Source of the DNA: Bdellovibrionales bacterium
Lineage (GTDB): Bacteria > Bdellovibrionota > Bdellovibrionia > Bdellovibrionales > JAUICD01
Assembly (NCBI GenBank): GCA_965203275.1
Contig: OZ241865.1
Coordinates: 1,216,001 to 1,280,000 of the forward strand
Reading direction: 5' to 3'
DNA length: 64,000 bases
The notes beneath the pieces were generated by a model, which was not told the DNA's origin, made no database searches, and saw nothing but the letters and a program-made list of their open reading frames with translations. Below are positions 29,479-40,259 of the stretch, in pieces (position 1 is the first letter of the stretch; every line of letters begins with the position of its first letter). A program made the translations under genes and the position numbers.

Positions 29479-29891
29479 AGTGATTTCAATAAGTTAATAT
29501 TGTGACTTTTGTATAAAAGTTACAGTATTAAGTGTTTGTAATTGTTAGACTTTTTTAGGTCGACTTTAGAAATTTCTAATTTTTCGTCTAACACAATTCT
29601 TATCGTTTATTATGACATAAAACTTTATATTTTTGTTAAAAAAAATCAAAAAAAGTTACATTTTGTATCAAAAAGAATCACTTTTTTTAATTTTTGTATC
29701 ATCTTGAAACACTTTACTAATCTTAAAGACATAAGATCAGTGAAATAAGTAGCGATTTTTAATTCGTGTTTGATAACTTTTGATTTGTTTGACTTTTCAA
29801 AACAATTTTCTTGCAAAAAACTGTCTGTTTTTTACTCTTTCAAATTGTGACTTTTATACAAAAGTTACAGTGCTAAGTCCTTGAAATCACT
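29479..29891. other. Segment bounded by ~48-bp inverted repeats with 11-6-11 core sites
   Basis: ATTGTGACTTT-TGTATA-AAAGTTACAGT (29499-29526) and ATTGTGACTTT-TATACA-AAAGTTACAGT (29844-29871); outer AGTGATTTCAA/TTGAAATCACT. Confidence 0.75.
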
Positions 29892-29959
29892 AAGGGCATT
29901 TTTTTGTACTCTCTAAAAGTATAGAGACAGATCAATGAGGTTAGGTGGTTTCAGTTGCT

Positions 29960-31222
29960 TTCACTAAAAGTGGTCTAGCCTCTGTTTCACTCAAAGTGAA
30001 CTGGCCTCTGGCCACTTTTGGACAATGACCGCAACGGCTTTCGCCGTTGACAAAATGGTCATTGTCTCAAAAGCCTGTTCACTTTGAGTAGGGAGGATCC
30101 CTTCGTCCCTTAACTCCATGTTAAGGAAAATGTCCTTCTAATGGCAGTTAGCCCGATGGCTATCGCCATCGATCAAAGGCTAACTGCCTCAAAAGCTTGT
30201 TCAATTTTAGGAAGGAGGACCTCCTCGTCTCTTGACCACATGTTAAGGAAACAAGATTTCCTTCTGATGTTTGCTCTGACAGCTTACGCTGTCTAAAAAG
30301 AGCAATGCCGCAAAAAACTGCTCATTTTGAGTAGGGAGGATCTCCTCATTTTTTAACATAATGTTAGGGAAACAAGATGTTTAGCCTGACGGCTACCGCC
30401 GTCGGTAAAATGGTCATCGCCTAGAAAGCTTGACCACTTTTAGTAGGGAGGATACCCTCATTTCTTAACACAATGTTAAGGAAACAAAATGCCTTTTCTG
30501 CCTGATGCCCTCAAAAGTCCGTTTATTTTTAGTAGGAAGAATCCTCTTGTCTCTTTACCACATGTTAAGGAAACAAGATGTTTATTTCACGTCGATAAAA
30601 TGGTCATCGCCTCATTTGATTTTCACTAAAAGCAAACCAGCCTCTGGCTGCTTTTGGACATTGCTCTGACAGCTATCGCTGTCTAAAAAGAGCAATGTCT
30701 CAAAAGTCCGTTTACTTTTAGTAAGGAAGGATCTCTTCGTCTTTTAACATGATGTTAAGGAAAAAATTCCTTCATCACCGATGGCAACCTAGTGTTGTTA
30801 CATGGCAAGCTTCAGAGAAGCTTGCTGTCTGACCACTTTTAGTAGGAAGGATTCTTTCCTCTTTTAACACCATGTTAAGGAAAATATCCTTCTAATAACA
30901 GTTAGTCCGACGGCTCACGCCGTCGATAAAATGGTCATCGCCTCAAAAGTCCGTTTACTTTTAGTAGGAAGGATCTCTTCGTCTCTTGACCACATGTTAA
31001 GGAAAAAGTTCCTTCTTGCACCTTGGGTGTTGCCTGCAAAGGCTTTCGCCTTTGACAAAATAGGCAACATCTAAAAAACTGCTCATTTTGAGTAGGGAGG
31101 ATCCTTTCCTCTTTTGACACGATGTTAAGGAAAAAGTTCCTTTTTACACCTTTTTCCTGCAACGGCTTTCGCCATTGGCAAAATGGTCATTGCCTCAAAA
31201 ATCTATGCATTTTGAGTGAAAA
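29960..31222 (-). repeat. Largest mosaic cluster of structured elements (~1.26 kb)
   Basis: About 9 TGTTA(A/G)GGAAA ends with several different hairpin variants. Confidence 0.95.
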
Positions 31223-31236
31223 AAATGCAATAATGT

Positions 31237-32331
31237 TTAGCCTAAGTTATTTAGTTTTTTCTGTATTTCTCGTATTTTGTTCTCTGTGGACTCTGTGATT
31301 TTTGCAATAGTCGAAATATCCATATTATTTTTAAGCATTTTTAAAATGATACTTTGTTCCTTTTCTTGCAGGCCTTCCTGTCGCCCTTCCTGTCGCCCTT
31401 CTTGTCGCCCTTCTTGCAGGCCTTTTTGTCGGGCATGATTTTGAATAATCTCACTAAATTTTAACATAACATCTCCTTTCCTTTGTTTTATTTCTTCCCC
31501 TACTTCTTCCATTGTTTTGATTAAAAGCTTCTCTGCCATGTTTCCATCGTATGTGCAGAAATACCTTACCAAATCATCTGTCATCTCTATTATATCTAAT
31601 TTATCACCACTTTCATAGTCCTTTTCATCAATTATATCATCTTTTTGTAGTCTACCCACCTCCTTTTCTACAATTAAAATATTTTCTCTTAGAAAACTCT
31701 TTTTTTCTGCTTCTGTCTTCAGCTTTTTCAACCTCCAAATATTTTGAAATGCATGAAATATGGGATTAATAATGGATGGTTTAGCCTGATGGACATCAAA
31801 GTTAAATAAATTTGACAAAATATAATGAAAATCAACAATATAAGGCTTTAAAATATCATAATGCTCCAATGGCATACTTCCCTTCTCTAACAAATGCTTG
31901 TGAAAAGATGTAGCTACATTCCATTTTTGAGTTCCATGATATAAAAGTACTGAAATCACTAAACATGGCTCACCTTGATAATGGTTATAAAGAAAAGATT
32001 GGTATTTAAAAAGCTTATGAAACAAGAATGAACGGATTGTACTTTGATGCTCTATGTTGAAAACAAGCTTTACAATCAAGTGAGAATTCTTCAATTTAAC
32101 CGCAACAACTAGGTCACAAAGACCTTTCATATATCCAGAAAACCCTCCTTTTTCTATTGTGAGCGTTTTTAAATCTATGATGTTTAAGAGTTTCAAAGGC
32201 AATGTGATTTCAAGAAAGGCCCTCACAATAATTTTTTGTGAAAACAGCCGTTGAAAAGCAATGTCATGAGGATGTGCTTCTGAAGAAGTACTCTGTTGCA
32301 TTTGTTTGATCTGTTTTGATTTTGATGGCAT
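31237..32331 (-). CDS. Rpn/YhgA-family recombination-promoting nuclease (PD-(D/E)XK)
   Basis: HPHDIAFQRLFS, CDLVV, IEHQS, LLYHGTQKW; C-terminal (EGRQ)n then HTH-like tail. Confidence 0.92.
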   Translation of the reverse strand: MPSKSKQIKQMQQSTSSEAHPHDIAFQRLFSQKIIVRAFLEITLPLKLLNIIDLKTLTIEKGGFSGYMKGLCDLVVAVKLKNSHLIVKLVFNIEHQSTIRSFLFHKLFKYQSFLYNHYQGEPCLVISVLLYHGTQKWNVATSFHKHLLEKGSMPLEHYDILKPYIVDFHYILSNLFNFDVHQAKPSIINPIFHAFQNIWRLKKLKTEAEKKSFLRENILIVEKEVGRLQKDDIIDEKDYESGDKLDIIEMTDDLVRYFCTYDGNMAEKLLIKTMEEVGEEIKQRKGDVMLKFSEIIQNHARQKGLQEGRQEGRQEGRQEGLQEKEQSIILKMLKNNMDISTIAKITESTENKIREIQKKLNNLG

Positions 32332-32374
32332 GATTGTTCCTTATTACATTGTTTCATTAAAAATAGTCTTGTTT

Positions 32375-32600
32375 ATTTTTAGTATAGAGGATTCCTTTAT
32401 TTTTTAACATCATGTTAAGGAAAAAGTTCATTTGGATGCCGGCTGCCGGATCCCAGATCCCGGAAAAGGGATCTCTTCATTCTTTGTATACCACGTTAAG
32501 GAAACAAAATATTCGCTCCCGGGATCCGGGATCAGGCAAGCAGGCATTCCGGATGCCAGATCCCGGGATCCCGGATCCTGGAAGGATGACCATTTCATCC
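32375..32600 (-). repeat. Partial structured elements with heptamer runs
   Basis: GTTAAGGAAA ends followed by GGATCCC/GGATGCC runs. Confidence 0.85.
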
Positions 32601-32861
32601 CTTAACAATATATTTTTATTTCATCATTTATATTCTTAAATTTTTCTATTCTAGCATACTGCCTTTCAATTACCATTACTTTAAAAAAAGTCTTTTTAAA
32701 AATATAAGTCAAATTCAAGATATCTCATTATGGATTTTGAAGGGTTGATCTCACTAGCTAAGATATAGCTCTACACTGCAATACTTTTACCCTTTACTAG
32801 CTATTATTTACAGCACAATGCTAAAAATGTATGTAATTTTTACAAAGCTTCAAAAAAACTC

Positions 32862-32891
32862 TTGACATGATCACTCCTTAAATGATATACA
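32862..32891 (+). promoter_or_regulatory. Putative sigma70 promoter
   Basis: TTGACA-N18-TATACA with TGn extension, upstream of 32954. Confidence 0.5.
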
Positions 32892-32953
32892 CAAAAAATA
32901 GTATTTAAAATGTAAATTTAATTAATTAATGAATATGTAAACTAAAGGAGAAC

Positions 32954-33895
32954 GTGATGAAAAATTTATTTAATTTTAAAATGTATATTTTATTAAGCGT
33001 ATTTTTTGTAGGGACTAGTTTTGTTTATGCACAAACACAAGATATACCCACGCTAGAAATGCCACAATCTTTAAAATGTTTCACCAGTGATGTAGATGAG
33101 TCTTGCCAGACCTTTGATGGAACACAACCAGCATTACATTTTGTTTATGAAGCAACAGGTGCTGGCGTTTTAACAGTGGCTGTGGGCCAACAAGATGCTG
33201 AGCAAAATCAACCTAATCAAGACATTACTGACATTGTCTTAGAGTTTTATGATAGCAATGGCAATTTTAGACAACAAGTCGATACAGACTATGTAGGACA
33301 AGAAATAGCTTTTTTTAAAGTACCACAACCAGGGACTTATTATGCAGTCATTAAATCTTGGGGGAATGAAGAGCTACCAGCTTATTTAGAAATAAATAGT
33401 TCGTGGATGCCTTATCCTTCTTTAATACCAAATAGTGATGATTCCAGAAATCTTGTAGGTCCTGATGGTAATTTTCTTCCTATAGTGGTTACTCAAGATC
33501 TTCCAATAGATACTTTCGTCGATGGTAACTTAAACTCAGATTCTCCATTAGATGTATGGGTGACACAGTTAGATTTAGATCCAAATTTTGATCATCTTAT
33601 ATGGGTTGAAGTAGAAACTTCTGATATCGACATTGTCTTACGTGCTTATCAAAAATTTAATCCTGAGAGTTTGCAAAGTGTTGATGGTAAAGTCACAGGA
33701 ACTGAAAACCTTACATATTCACCAACAACAGGGCAAGGTCCTATTTATTTACAAGTTCTCTTGTTAACCGATTTGGTCAATATCGATGTATCGGATGTAG
33801 ATGATTTATCAAGTGTAGATTTATCAAGTATAAATTTACCAAAACTTTTTGGAGAATACAAATTAAGGGTAAGGCATGCCAAAATGCCACGATAA
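32954..33895 (+). CDS. Secreted beta-rich protein (PPC-like domains)
   Basis: AAGGAG RBS; signal peptide VYA; DIVLEFYDSNG..PQPGTYYAVI and DIVLRAY..GPIYLQV. Confidence 0.7.
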   Translation: MMKNLFNFKMYILLSVFFVGTSFVYAQTQDIPTLEMPQSLKCFTSDVDESCQTFDGTQPALHFVYEATGAGVLTVAVGQQDAEQNQPNQDITDIVLEFYDSNGNFRQQVDTDYVGQEIAFFKVPQPGTYYAVIKSWGNEELPAYLEINSSWMPYPSLIPNSDDSRNLVGPDGNFLPIVVTQDLPIDTFVDGNLNSDSPLDVWVTQLDLDPNFDHLIWVEVETSDIDIVLRAYQKFNPESLQSVDGKVTGTENLTYSPTTGQGPIYLQVLLLTDLVNIDVSDVDDLSSVDLSSINLPKLFGEYKLRVRHAKMPR

Positions 33896-33897
33896 GT

Positions 33898-35847
33898 TTA
33901 TTGTTGAGATACTTTATGATCTAAAAAGATATAAAGCTGTTTGTTTTTATCGAGAGGTTTTCCACTTTGAGGTTTTGTAAAAAGCACTTGCCCCCTACCA
34001 ATCAAGGTAAGATTAGCTTGCCAGCCATGGAGTTTTTGCATGACCTCCTTAAGTGTTAATCCTTTAAGATCAGGAACTCTTGTGAGCTGAATATCTTGAA
34101 GTTGATTAATTAAAGATTTCTGAAGTTCTTGGCCTTGTGTGACTTGAAAGATCTGCTCTTTATTAATAAGTGTGGGTCTTATTCTGTGGTATCTAAGGAT
34201 AAATGAGGCAAGTTTAGAAAAAGCAGGAGCAGCAATTTGAGAGCCTGAATAAAGTTTCTTTTGAGGATGATCAACGGCGATGTAGATGACAAATTGAGGG
34301 TCATTAGCAGGTACAAACCCTACAAAGCTTGCAATATAAGCTCCTGGTAAGTAGCCTGTCGATTCAGAATTGACTTTTTGTGCAGTTCCTGTTTTACCAG
34401 CAACAGGATAACCTAAGACCCTTGCAAGGTGACCTGTTCCACCATGGCTTGTAGCGAACATCAACATCATTTGCATTTGCCTTGCTAAGTCTTTGCTAAT
34501 GACTCTATATTTGGTTTGAGGTTTTCTCCATTTCTGTTGACCTGTCTCATTATCAATAATGGACTTTAAAAAATACGGTCTACGTAAAACGCCTCCATTT
34601 GCAATGACTGCATAGCTATTAGCTATTTGCAATGCGGTAGCACTTATTCCATGTCCAAAGGCTATATTACTGAGTCTTATCTTTTTCCAAGGATTCGGTG
34701 GGAGGATGCCTCTATTTTCCCCCCAAAAATCTACACCTGTTTTTTGACCAAATCCCATTCGATCTAAAAAGTTTCTCAAGCGACGATCTTTAACTTCAAA
34801 GGCTATTTTACTTGAACATATATTAGAAGATTTAGATAAAATTTCAGAGACAGTTAGCCATTCATATTTGTGACGTGCAGCTTCAGAAATAGTATGATTT
34901 CCAACTCTTAAATAGCCTCTTCCACAATGATATTGAGAAGAAGGGCTTGCAATGCCTGCCTTAAGTGCAGCCGTAATGGTAAAGGTTTTAAGTGTGCTAC
35001 CAGGTTCAAAAGCATCTGTAATAGCTCTATTTTTTCTCAAGATTGGAGGAATGTTTCTGGCTTTATTGGCATCAAAAAAAGGATAATTCCCCATAGCAAG
35101 GATTTCAAATGTGTGTGCATTAAGGATCATTCCAATAGCTGATTTTGCATTAAATTTTTTTGTGACATTTTCAAGTTCCTCACTGAGATGATGTTGAATG
35201 TGATGATCAAGTGTGAGCTGGAGAGTTTTACCAACTGGTCTTTCAAAAAAGAAGCTTTTATCTCCTAAAAGGGGTCGACCCTTAGCATCTCTGGATATTC
35301 TAGCTTTAAAAGATGTGCCTGCAAGAAGATGATCATAATAGCCTTCGATACCTTCTAACCCCTTGTCATCACTACCGACAAATCCTAGCACTTGACTAAA
35401 AAGATGTTTTTTAGGATAAACACGTTTAAATTCTTCTATAAAGCCTAACCCTGTGGTCTTCCAAGCAGATATATCTTGTTTATCTGTGAGGTTGAGTTTT
35501 CTTTTGATCCATACAAAATGAGTTTTTTGTTTTGCAAGGAGGCGATGTATTTTTTTGTAAGGCATTTTAAGTTTTTTAGAGAGCTTATGGGCAGTGTGTT
35601 GAGGATTTTCTATTAATGAAGGGTCTGCAAAGAGAGAATAAACTTTTAGAGAGCTAGCTAACTCTGCTCCATTGCGATCGAGGATGTCCCCACGGCGTGA
35701 CTGTAAAGTGATCAAAGATGTGTATTGACGATTTTTAAATTGTTGAAGTTGAGGGTGAGGTAAGAGATGTATTTGGATGAGCCTGGCAAAAAGACTTAAC
35801 CACACGCAGGTAAAAAATATAACAATCCATTTAATTCTATATCTCAT
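33898..35847 (-). CDS. ftsI: Class B penicillin-binding protein FtsI (PBP3) with PASTA domain
   Basis: RGDILDRNG, RVYP, GLEGIE, SxxK (STLK), SSN, KTG; C-terminal VPDLKGLT. Confidence 0.92.
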   Translation of the reverse strand: MRYRIKWIVIFFTCVWLSLFARLIQIHLLPHPQLQQFKNRQYTSLITLQSRRGDILDRNGAELASSLKVYSLFADPSLIENPQHTAHKLSKKLKMPYKKIHRLLAKQKTHFVWIKRKLNLTDKQDISAWKTTGLGFIEEFKRVYPKKHLFSQVLGFVGSDDKGLEGIEGYYDHLLAGTSFKARISRDAKGRPLLGDKSFFFERPVGKTLQLTLDHHIQHHLSEELENVTKKFNAKSAIGMILNAHTFEILAMGNYPFFDANKARNIPPILRKNRAITDAFEPGSTLKTFTITAALKAGIASPSSQYHCGRGYLRVGNHTISEAARHKYEWLTVSEILSKSSNICSSKIAFEVKDRRLRNFLDRMGFGQKTGVDFWGENRGILPPNPWKKIRLSNIAFGHGISATALQIANSYAVIANGGVLRRPYFLKSIIDNETGQQKWRKPQTKYRVISKDLARQMQMMLMFATSHGGTGHLARVLGYPVAGKTGTAQKVNSESTGYLPGAYIASFVGFVPANDPQFVIYIAVDHPQKKLYSGSQIAAPAFSKLASFILRYHRIRPTLINKEQIFQVTQGQELQKSLINQLQDIQLTRVPDLKGLTLKEVMQKLHGWQANLTLIGRGQVLFTKPQSGKPLDKNKQLYIFLDHKVSQQ

Positions 35848-36283
35848 CGAACGCCTATTTTTTATAGATTGAACAATTGTCTTTTTGAAATCAAATCAAG
35901 CAAAGGCCTAGTATTTACTCTTTAGTCTTTCGTCTTAAAATTTTTACCAAAAATTCTTATTTCACCTAAGTACTCTAGTTGCTTGTTGATTTGATATGTT
36001 CAAATAGTTCACAGTCTTCATTTTATAGGTTATGGAATCATTTGGCTTTTATAAATTGCAAATTCCATACTTTCGCTTGAATTGACTCCTGTATCTTTTT
36101 AAAAAGAGCAGGTCAGATATGTATGATACTTCTTTTGCTACATGAAAGAAATTTGTCTAACTATTTTAAGTTAGTATACAACTAGCTCTATGAAAGTATG
36201 AAGGAAGTTTTTGATAATTCTGTTTTAACATCGCGTTTAAGTATGTTAGACTTAAAGTCTGCTAACGGATATATGGAGGTATA

Positions 36284-37192
36284 ATGAAAGATAAAAAAAT
36301 CAAATTTAAAATGCTTTTTATCTTTTTAACAAGCTTGAGTTTAAGCATTTCTGTGCTTTCTTATGTACCTAGTTCTGATTTTATTCTCAACAAGGTGGTG
36401 CAAAACCATGGCTCAGGGAATTATCTTATTGAACAAGAAGTTACTTTTATGATAGATAATATTGCTCAAACTATCTCTGAAATATGGCATATACGAGGGA
36501 TTAACTACACCCGTAAAGGTGTGCAAAGTCATAGATTGCAATGGCACCTCTTAGCTAAAGGTGAACCTCTACGTATTCAAAGAATCTATAGCGATAACAC
36601 TGTTTATGAAAAGAACACAAAAGGCACCCTACAAAAAAGAAAATACCCACCAGAATTTATTGAACCTTGGTTTACAACGAGGTCTCTTTCTTCTTTACAA
36701 AATGCCATTTTAAGGCATCAAATAGCAGGAACATCTGCACTTTACTGGAACCCTTCTCTTTTCACATCTAAAATCACATCTAAAAAATCCAATACAGAAA
36801 AGAACCTTCAAGCTATCTCTATGCCTATTTCTCTCTCTCGCAGTCAAGGGCGTGTTATGTATACTTATCAAAGAGACCTTCAAGGTCCTGGTCTTTGGAT
36901 TGAACAAGATAAATTCCTTATCAGAAAAATCAAATTAAAAACAGGCACGGAAATTTCAGCTAATGAATACAGCGATTATGGAAAAGATTTAAAGTTTCCA
37001 AAAGTTCGTACCATTACTTTTGATAACAATATAAGTGTTTCTATAAGAGTGCTTAAAATTAATGTGCTTTCACAAAATAACAAATCTCTTCAAAATAAAA
37101 TGTCTCCTCAGGCACTTCGTCGTTCCTATAATCAACAAGATGAAAAGACAGTTCCGCTTCTGATTAAAGACTTTTATTTGAGATTCCGATGA
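36284..37192 (+). CDS. Exported hypothetical protein
   Basis: GGAGG RBS, signal peptide; overlaps priA start (ATGA). Confidence 0.8.
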   Translation: MKDKKIKFKMLFIFLTSLSLSISVLSYVPSSDFILNKVVQNHGSGNYLIEQEVTFMIDNIAQTISEIWHIRGINYTRKGVQSHRLQWHLLAKGEPLRIQRIYSDNTVYEKNTKGTLQKRKYPPEFIEPWFTTRSLSSLQNAILRHQIAGTSALYWNPSLFTSKITSKKSNTEKNLQAISMPISLSRSQGRVMYTYQRDLQGPGLWIEQDKFLIRKIKLKTGTEISANEYSDYGKDLKFPKVRTITFDNNISVSIRVLKINVLSQNNKSLQNKMSPQALRRSYNQQDEKTVPLLIKDFYLRFR

Positions 37193-39297
37193 GCTTACCA
37201 GATCAAAAATTGTGGAATATTGCTGTAGAAGTGCCACTTCTTAAACCATTAGCTTATCTTTCTGATCCTCATCAGAGCCTTCCTCTTAAAAGAGGGCTTT
37301 CTGTTTTAGTGCCTTTAGGAGGTCGTAATGCAAAAGGTGTTGTGCTAGGGCCTTCTCATATTCCTATAGATTCCCAATACACATGGAAAAATGTTTTGTC
37401 TATTTTATCCGAAAGACCACAGCTTCCAGAACCTTATCTTCAATGGGTGGAGTGGCTTGCTAGCTACTATGTTTATCCTATCGGGCAAATTTTTAAGATG
37501 AGTTTTCCGTCTTTGAAAAAGGGTGGTCGTCAGAGCAAATCTAAGCCTTCTTTTATAACTCCAGATTCTCAATCTTCTACTTTGACTTCTACTTTGACTT
37601 TGACAAAAACCCAATCTGAAGTTGTAGAAAAAATTAGCCAACAAAAGGGTTTTCAAACTCATTTACTGTATGGGATTACAGGTTCAGGTAAAACAGAAGT
37701 TTATTTTAAACTTATGGAAAAAATTATTCAACAGCAAAAACAAGTTCTGATGTTGTTGCCAGAAATCTCACTCACACCTCAAATTGTAGAACGTTTCATT
37801 AAAAAATTTGGTCAAAAAACATCTGTTATTCATAGCGATCTGACTTCTCGAGAGAAAACCAATCAATGGTGGAATATTATAGATAAGAAACAATTTATTC
37901 TTATTGGAGCTCGATCGGCTATTTTCTGTCCTATTGAAAAATTAGGTTTAATTATTGTCGATGAAGAACATGAAATAAGCTTTAAACAATGGGATAGGCT
38001 ACATTACAATGCCAGAGATGCAGCCATTATGTTGGCTAAGCTACATAATTGTCCGGTAGTTTTAGGTTCTGCTACTCCAAGCTTAGAGACTTGGCATAAT
38101 GCTCAAAAAGGCAAATACCAAATGCACACTCTACCTAAAAGATTTGGTCAAGCCAATTTACCTTACGTGATGATAGAAGATATGACAAAAAGCCATGCAC
38201 ATTCACAAGCTTCTCATTTACCTTTTTGGTTAAGTCAAAAGCTTTATGATAAAATGAAGGAACACCTCTTAAGAAAAAATCAAGTAGCTCTTTTTTTAAA
38301 TAGACGAGGTGATGCACAAACAGTCTTATGTAGTCATTGTGGTCATTGCATAATGTGTCCTCACTGTTCTGTTTCTTTGACTGTTCATTATCAAACTCAT
38401 CTTGTGTGTCATTACTGTAATTATCATCAAAATTATGAGATCAAGTGTGACCAGTGCCATGAAGATGCCATGCAAAATATAGGTATTGGTACAGCCGGTG
38501 TGGAAAAGGTTTTAAAGCAGCTATTTCCGAATAAAAAAATTTTAAGAGCTGACAGAGATCAAATTGCCAACAGAAAAGATATGGAGCTTTTTATTAATCA
38601 AGTGGCCTGTCGAAAAGCTGATATTTTAGTGGGAACACAGATGATTGCAAAAGGGTTAGACTTTAAGCATTTGACATTAGTGGGTGTGGTGGCTGCTGAT
38701 ATGAGCTTAAACTTACCTGATTTTCGTGCAGCAGAGAGAACATTTCAGTTGCTAGTTCAGATGGCTGGACGAGCAGGCCGGCATAAGTCGTATGGAGAAG
38801 TCGTCGTTCAAACTTTTAATTGCGAAAATCCTGTGATCCATGATGCTATTGAGCATCATTATGAAAACTTTGTTCAGAGAGAGTTGGGTGTACGTCAAAA
38901 GCTTTGTTATCCGCCTTTTTATCGCATTGCTTTGATTCGTGCAGAAGGGAAATCTCTCAAACATGTAGAATCTTCCTTACATATTTTAGCTCATTTTGCA
39001 AAACAATATGCACAGACCCATTGTAAAGGTGATTTTGATGTGCTAGGTCCAGCACCTGCCCCTTTAAGTAAATTGAAAGGGCAATACCGTTGTCAAATAT
39101 TAATGAAAAGCTCTCAAAACTTATGGCTACCGCAATTATGTCAATACATGAAGACTCATCAAGATATGATTTTAAATAGAGCCTCATTGATGAAATCTAG
39201 TGTGCCTCCATCATCCCAATCTAGTAAGTCTCCATCTCAGAAGACACAACAGAAGGTTTCTATTATTTTTGATATTGACCCTATTCAAATGGTTTAG
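37189..39297 (+). CDS. priA: Primosomal protein N'
   Basis: GITGSGKTEVY, PEISLTPQ, DEEH, SATPS, four CxxC pairs, GTQMIAKGLDF, QMAGRAGR. Confidence 0.97.
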   Translation: MSLPDQKLWNIAVEVPLLKPLAYLSDPHQSLPLKRGLSVLVPLGGRNAKGVVLGPSHIPIDSQYTWKNVLSILSERPQLPEPYLQWVEWLASYYVYPIGQIFKMSFPSLKKGGRQSKSKPSFITPDSQSSTLTSTLTLTKTQSEVVEKISQQKGFQTHLLYGITGSGKTEVYFKLMEKIIQQQKQVLMLLPEISLTPQIVERFIKKFGQKTSVIHSDLTSREKTNQWWNIIDKKQFILIGARSAIFCPIEKLGLIIVDEEHEISFKQWDRLHYNARDAAIMLAKLHNCPVVLGSATPSLETWHNAQKGKYQMHTLPKRFGQANLPYVMIEDMTKSHAHSQASHLPFWLSQKLYDKMKEHLLRKNQVALFLNRRGDAQTVLCSHCGHCIMCPHCSVSLTVHYQTHLVCHYCNYHQNYEIKCDQCHEDAMQNIGIGTAGVEKVLKQLFPNKKILRADRDQIANRKDMELFINQVACRKADILVGTQMIAKGLDFKHLTLVGVVAADMSLNLPDFRAAERTFQLLVQMAGRAGRHKSYGEVVVQTFNCENPVIHDAIEHHYENFVQRELGVRQKLCYPPFYRIALIRAEGKSLKHVESSLHILAHFAKQYAQTHCKGDFDVLGPAPAPLSKLKGQYRCQILMKSSQNLWLPQLCQYMKTHQDMILNRASLMKSSVPPSSQSSKSPSQKTQQKVSIIFDIDPIQMV

Positions 39298-39349
39298 TTG
39301 TTATATTGGGGGTTTTAGGGGCTTTGGGGGTTTTGAGGGCTTTGGTATT

Positions 39350-39958
39350 TTATAAGGTCTGTTGAGATTTTATAAGGTCTTTGAATATCTGAAGGTTTTT
39401 AGGATGACTCCAATCGTTTGCTCCATAAGCAGTGACAACAATTTCACCTTGTTGATTGAGAATAAAATGTGCTGGCAAGGACTGCACTTGAAAAGCCTGA
39501 GATGTTTGTCTCTGAACATCAGAAAAGAAACCAAATGGTAAGTGCATTTCTTCCCATATATCTACTAGCTCTTTTTGACTTATATCTTCGTCATCTAAGT
39601 TAATTGCTATAATATTAAGCCCTTGATCTTTAAAGATATTGTGAAGTACAGCAAGGGTTGGTAATTCTACGTGGCAAGGACCACACCAAGAAGCCCAAAA
39701 AGACAATAATGTAACTTTTGAGTGTATATTTCTTAGAACTTGCACTTGCCCAGAGGAAATATCTTGGATTTGACTGTTCATTCTTGTGATGTGTGAAGGA
39801 TTTTGAGAGGATTTTGGGATATTTTGGGGGATATTTTTATTAAAAAAATTAAAAGTATTAAAAAAATCTTCAAACCATCCGATAATAAGAAATAAGCTAA
39901 TTCCCATACAGAAAAAGCTTATAAATAAAATATGCTTAAAATAGAAGTTTGTTTTCAT
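39350..39958 (-). CDS. TlpA-family membrane-anchored thioredoxin
   Basis: LSFWASWCGPCHVELP; N-terminal TM. Confidence 0.92.
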   Translation of the reverse strand: MKTNFYFKHILFISFFCMGISLFLIIGWFEDFFNTFNFFNKNIPQNIPKSSQNPSHITRMNSQIQDISSGQVQVLRNIHSKVTLLSFWASWCGPCHVELPTLAVLHNIFKDQGLNIIAINLDDEDISQKELVDIWEEMHLPFGFFSDVQRQTSQAFQVQSLPAHFILNQQGEIVVTAYGANDWSHPKNLQIFKDLIKSQQTL

Positions 39959-39992
39959 TAAAATTTGTCTTCATTAAGAAGAGAGGTTATCT

Positions 39993-40256
39993 ATGGTTAA
40001 GTTTTTTTCATATTTTAAAAATAGAATTTTAATAAGTCAATTTTTCAGATGCAGAAAAACATATCAGAAAAAAGCTCAAAAAGGTCAAATTTTATTAGAA
40101 TATATTCTTTTAATAGTTATTGTTGTAATGATTGCTAAAGCTCTGACATACGAATTTGTACATCAAGAAGGTGCATTGAAAAAAGCTTGGATAAAAGTTT
40201 CTGAAAGAATTGCCGAAGATTATGCTGGCGACCCTGAACCACCACCAAATCCGTGA
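39993..40256 (+). CDS. Flp/Tad-type pilin-like protein
   Basis: Class III signal KG|QILLEYILLIVIVV with E at +5. Confidence 0.75.
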   Translation: MVKFFSYFKNRILISQFFRCRKTYQKKAQKGQILLEYILLIVIVVMIAKALTYEFVHQEGALKKAWIKVSERIAEDYAGDPEPPPNP

Positions 40257-40259
40257 TTC

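Noticed and set aside
29499..29526. Chromosomal dif site
   Set aside because: Shares the TGTATA centre but lacks the XerD arm TTATGTTAAAT and occurs as an inverted pair
35848..36283. Possible ftsL remnant upstream of ftsI
   Set aside because: Manual reading of the minus strand showed no suitable ORF
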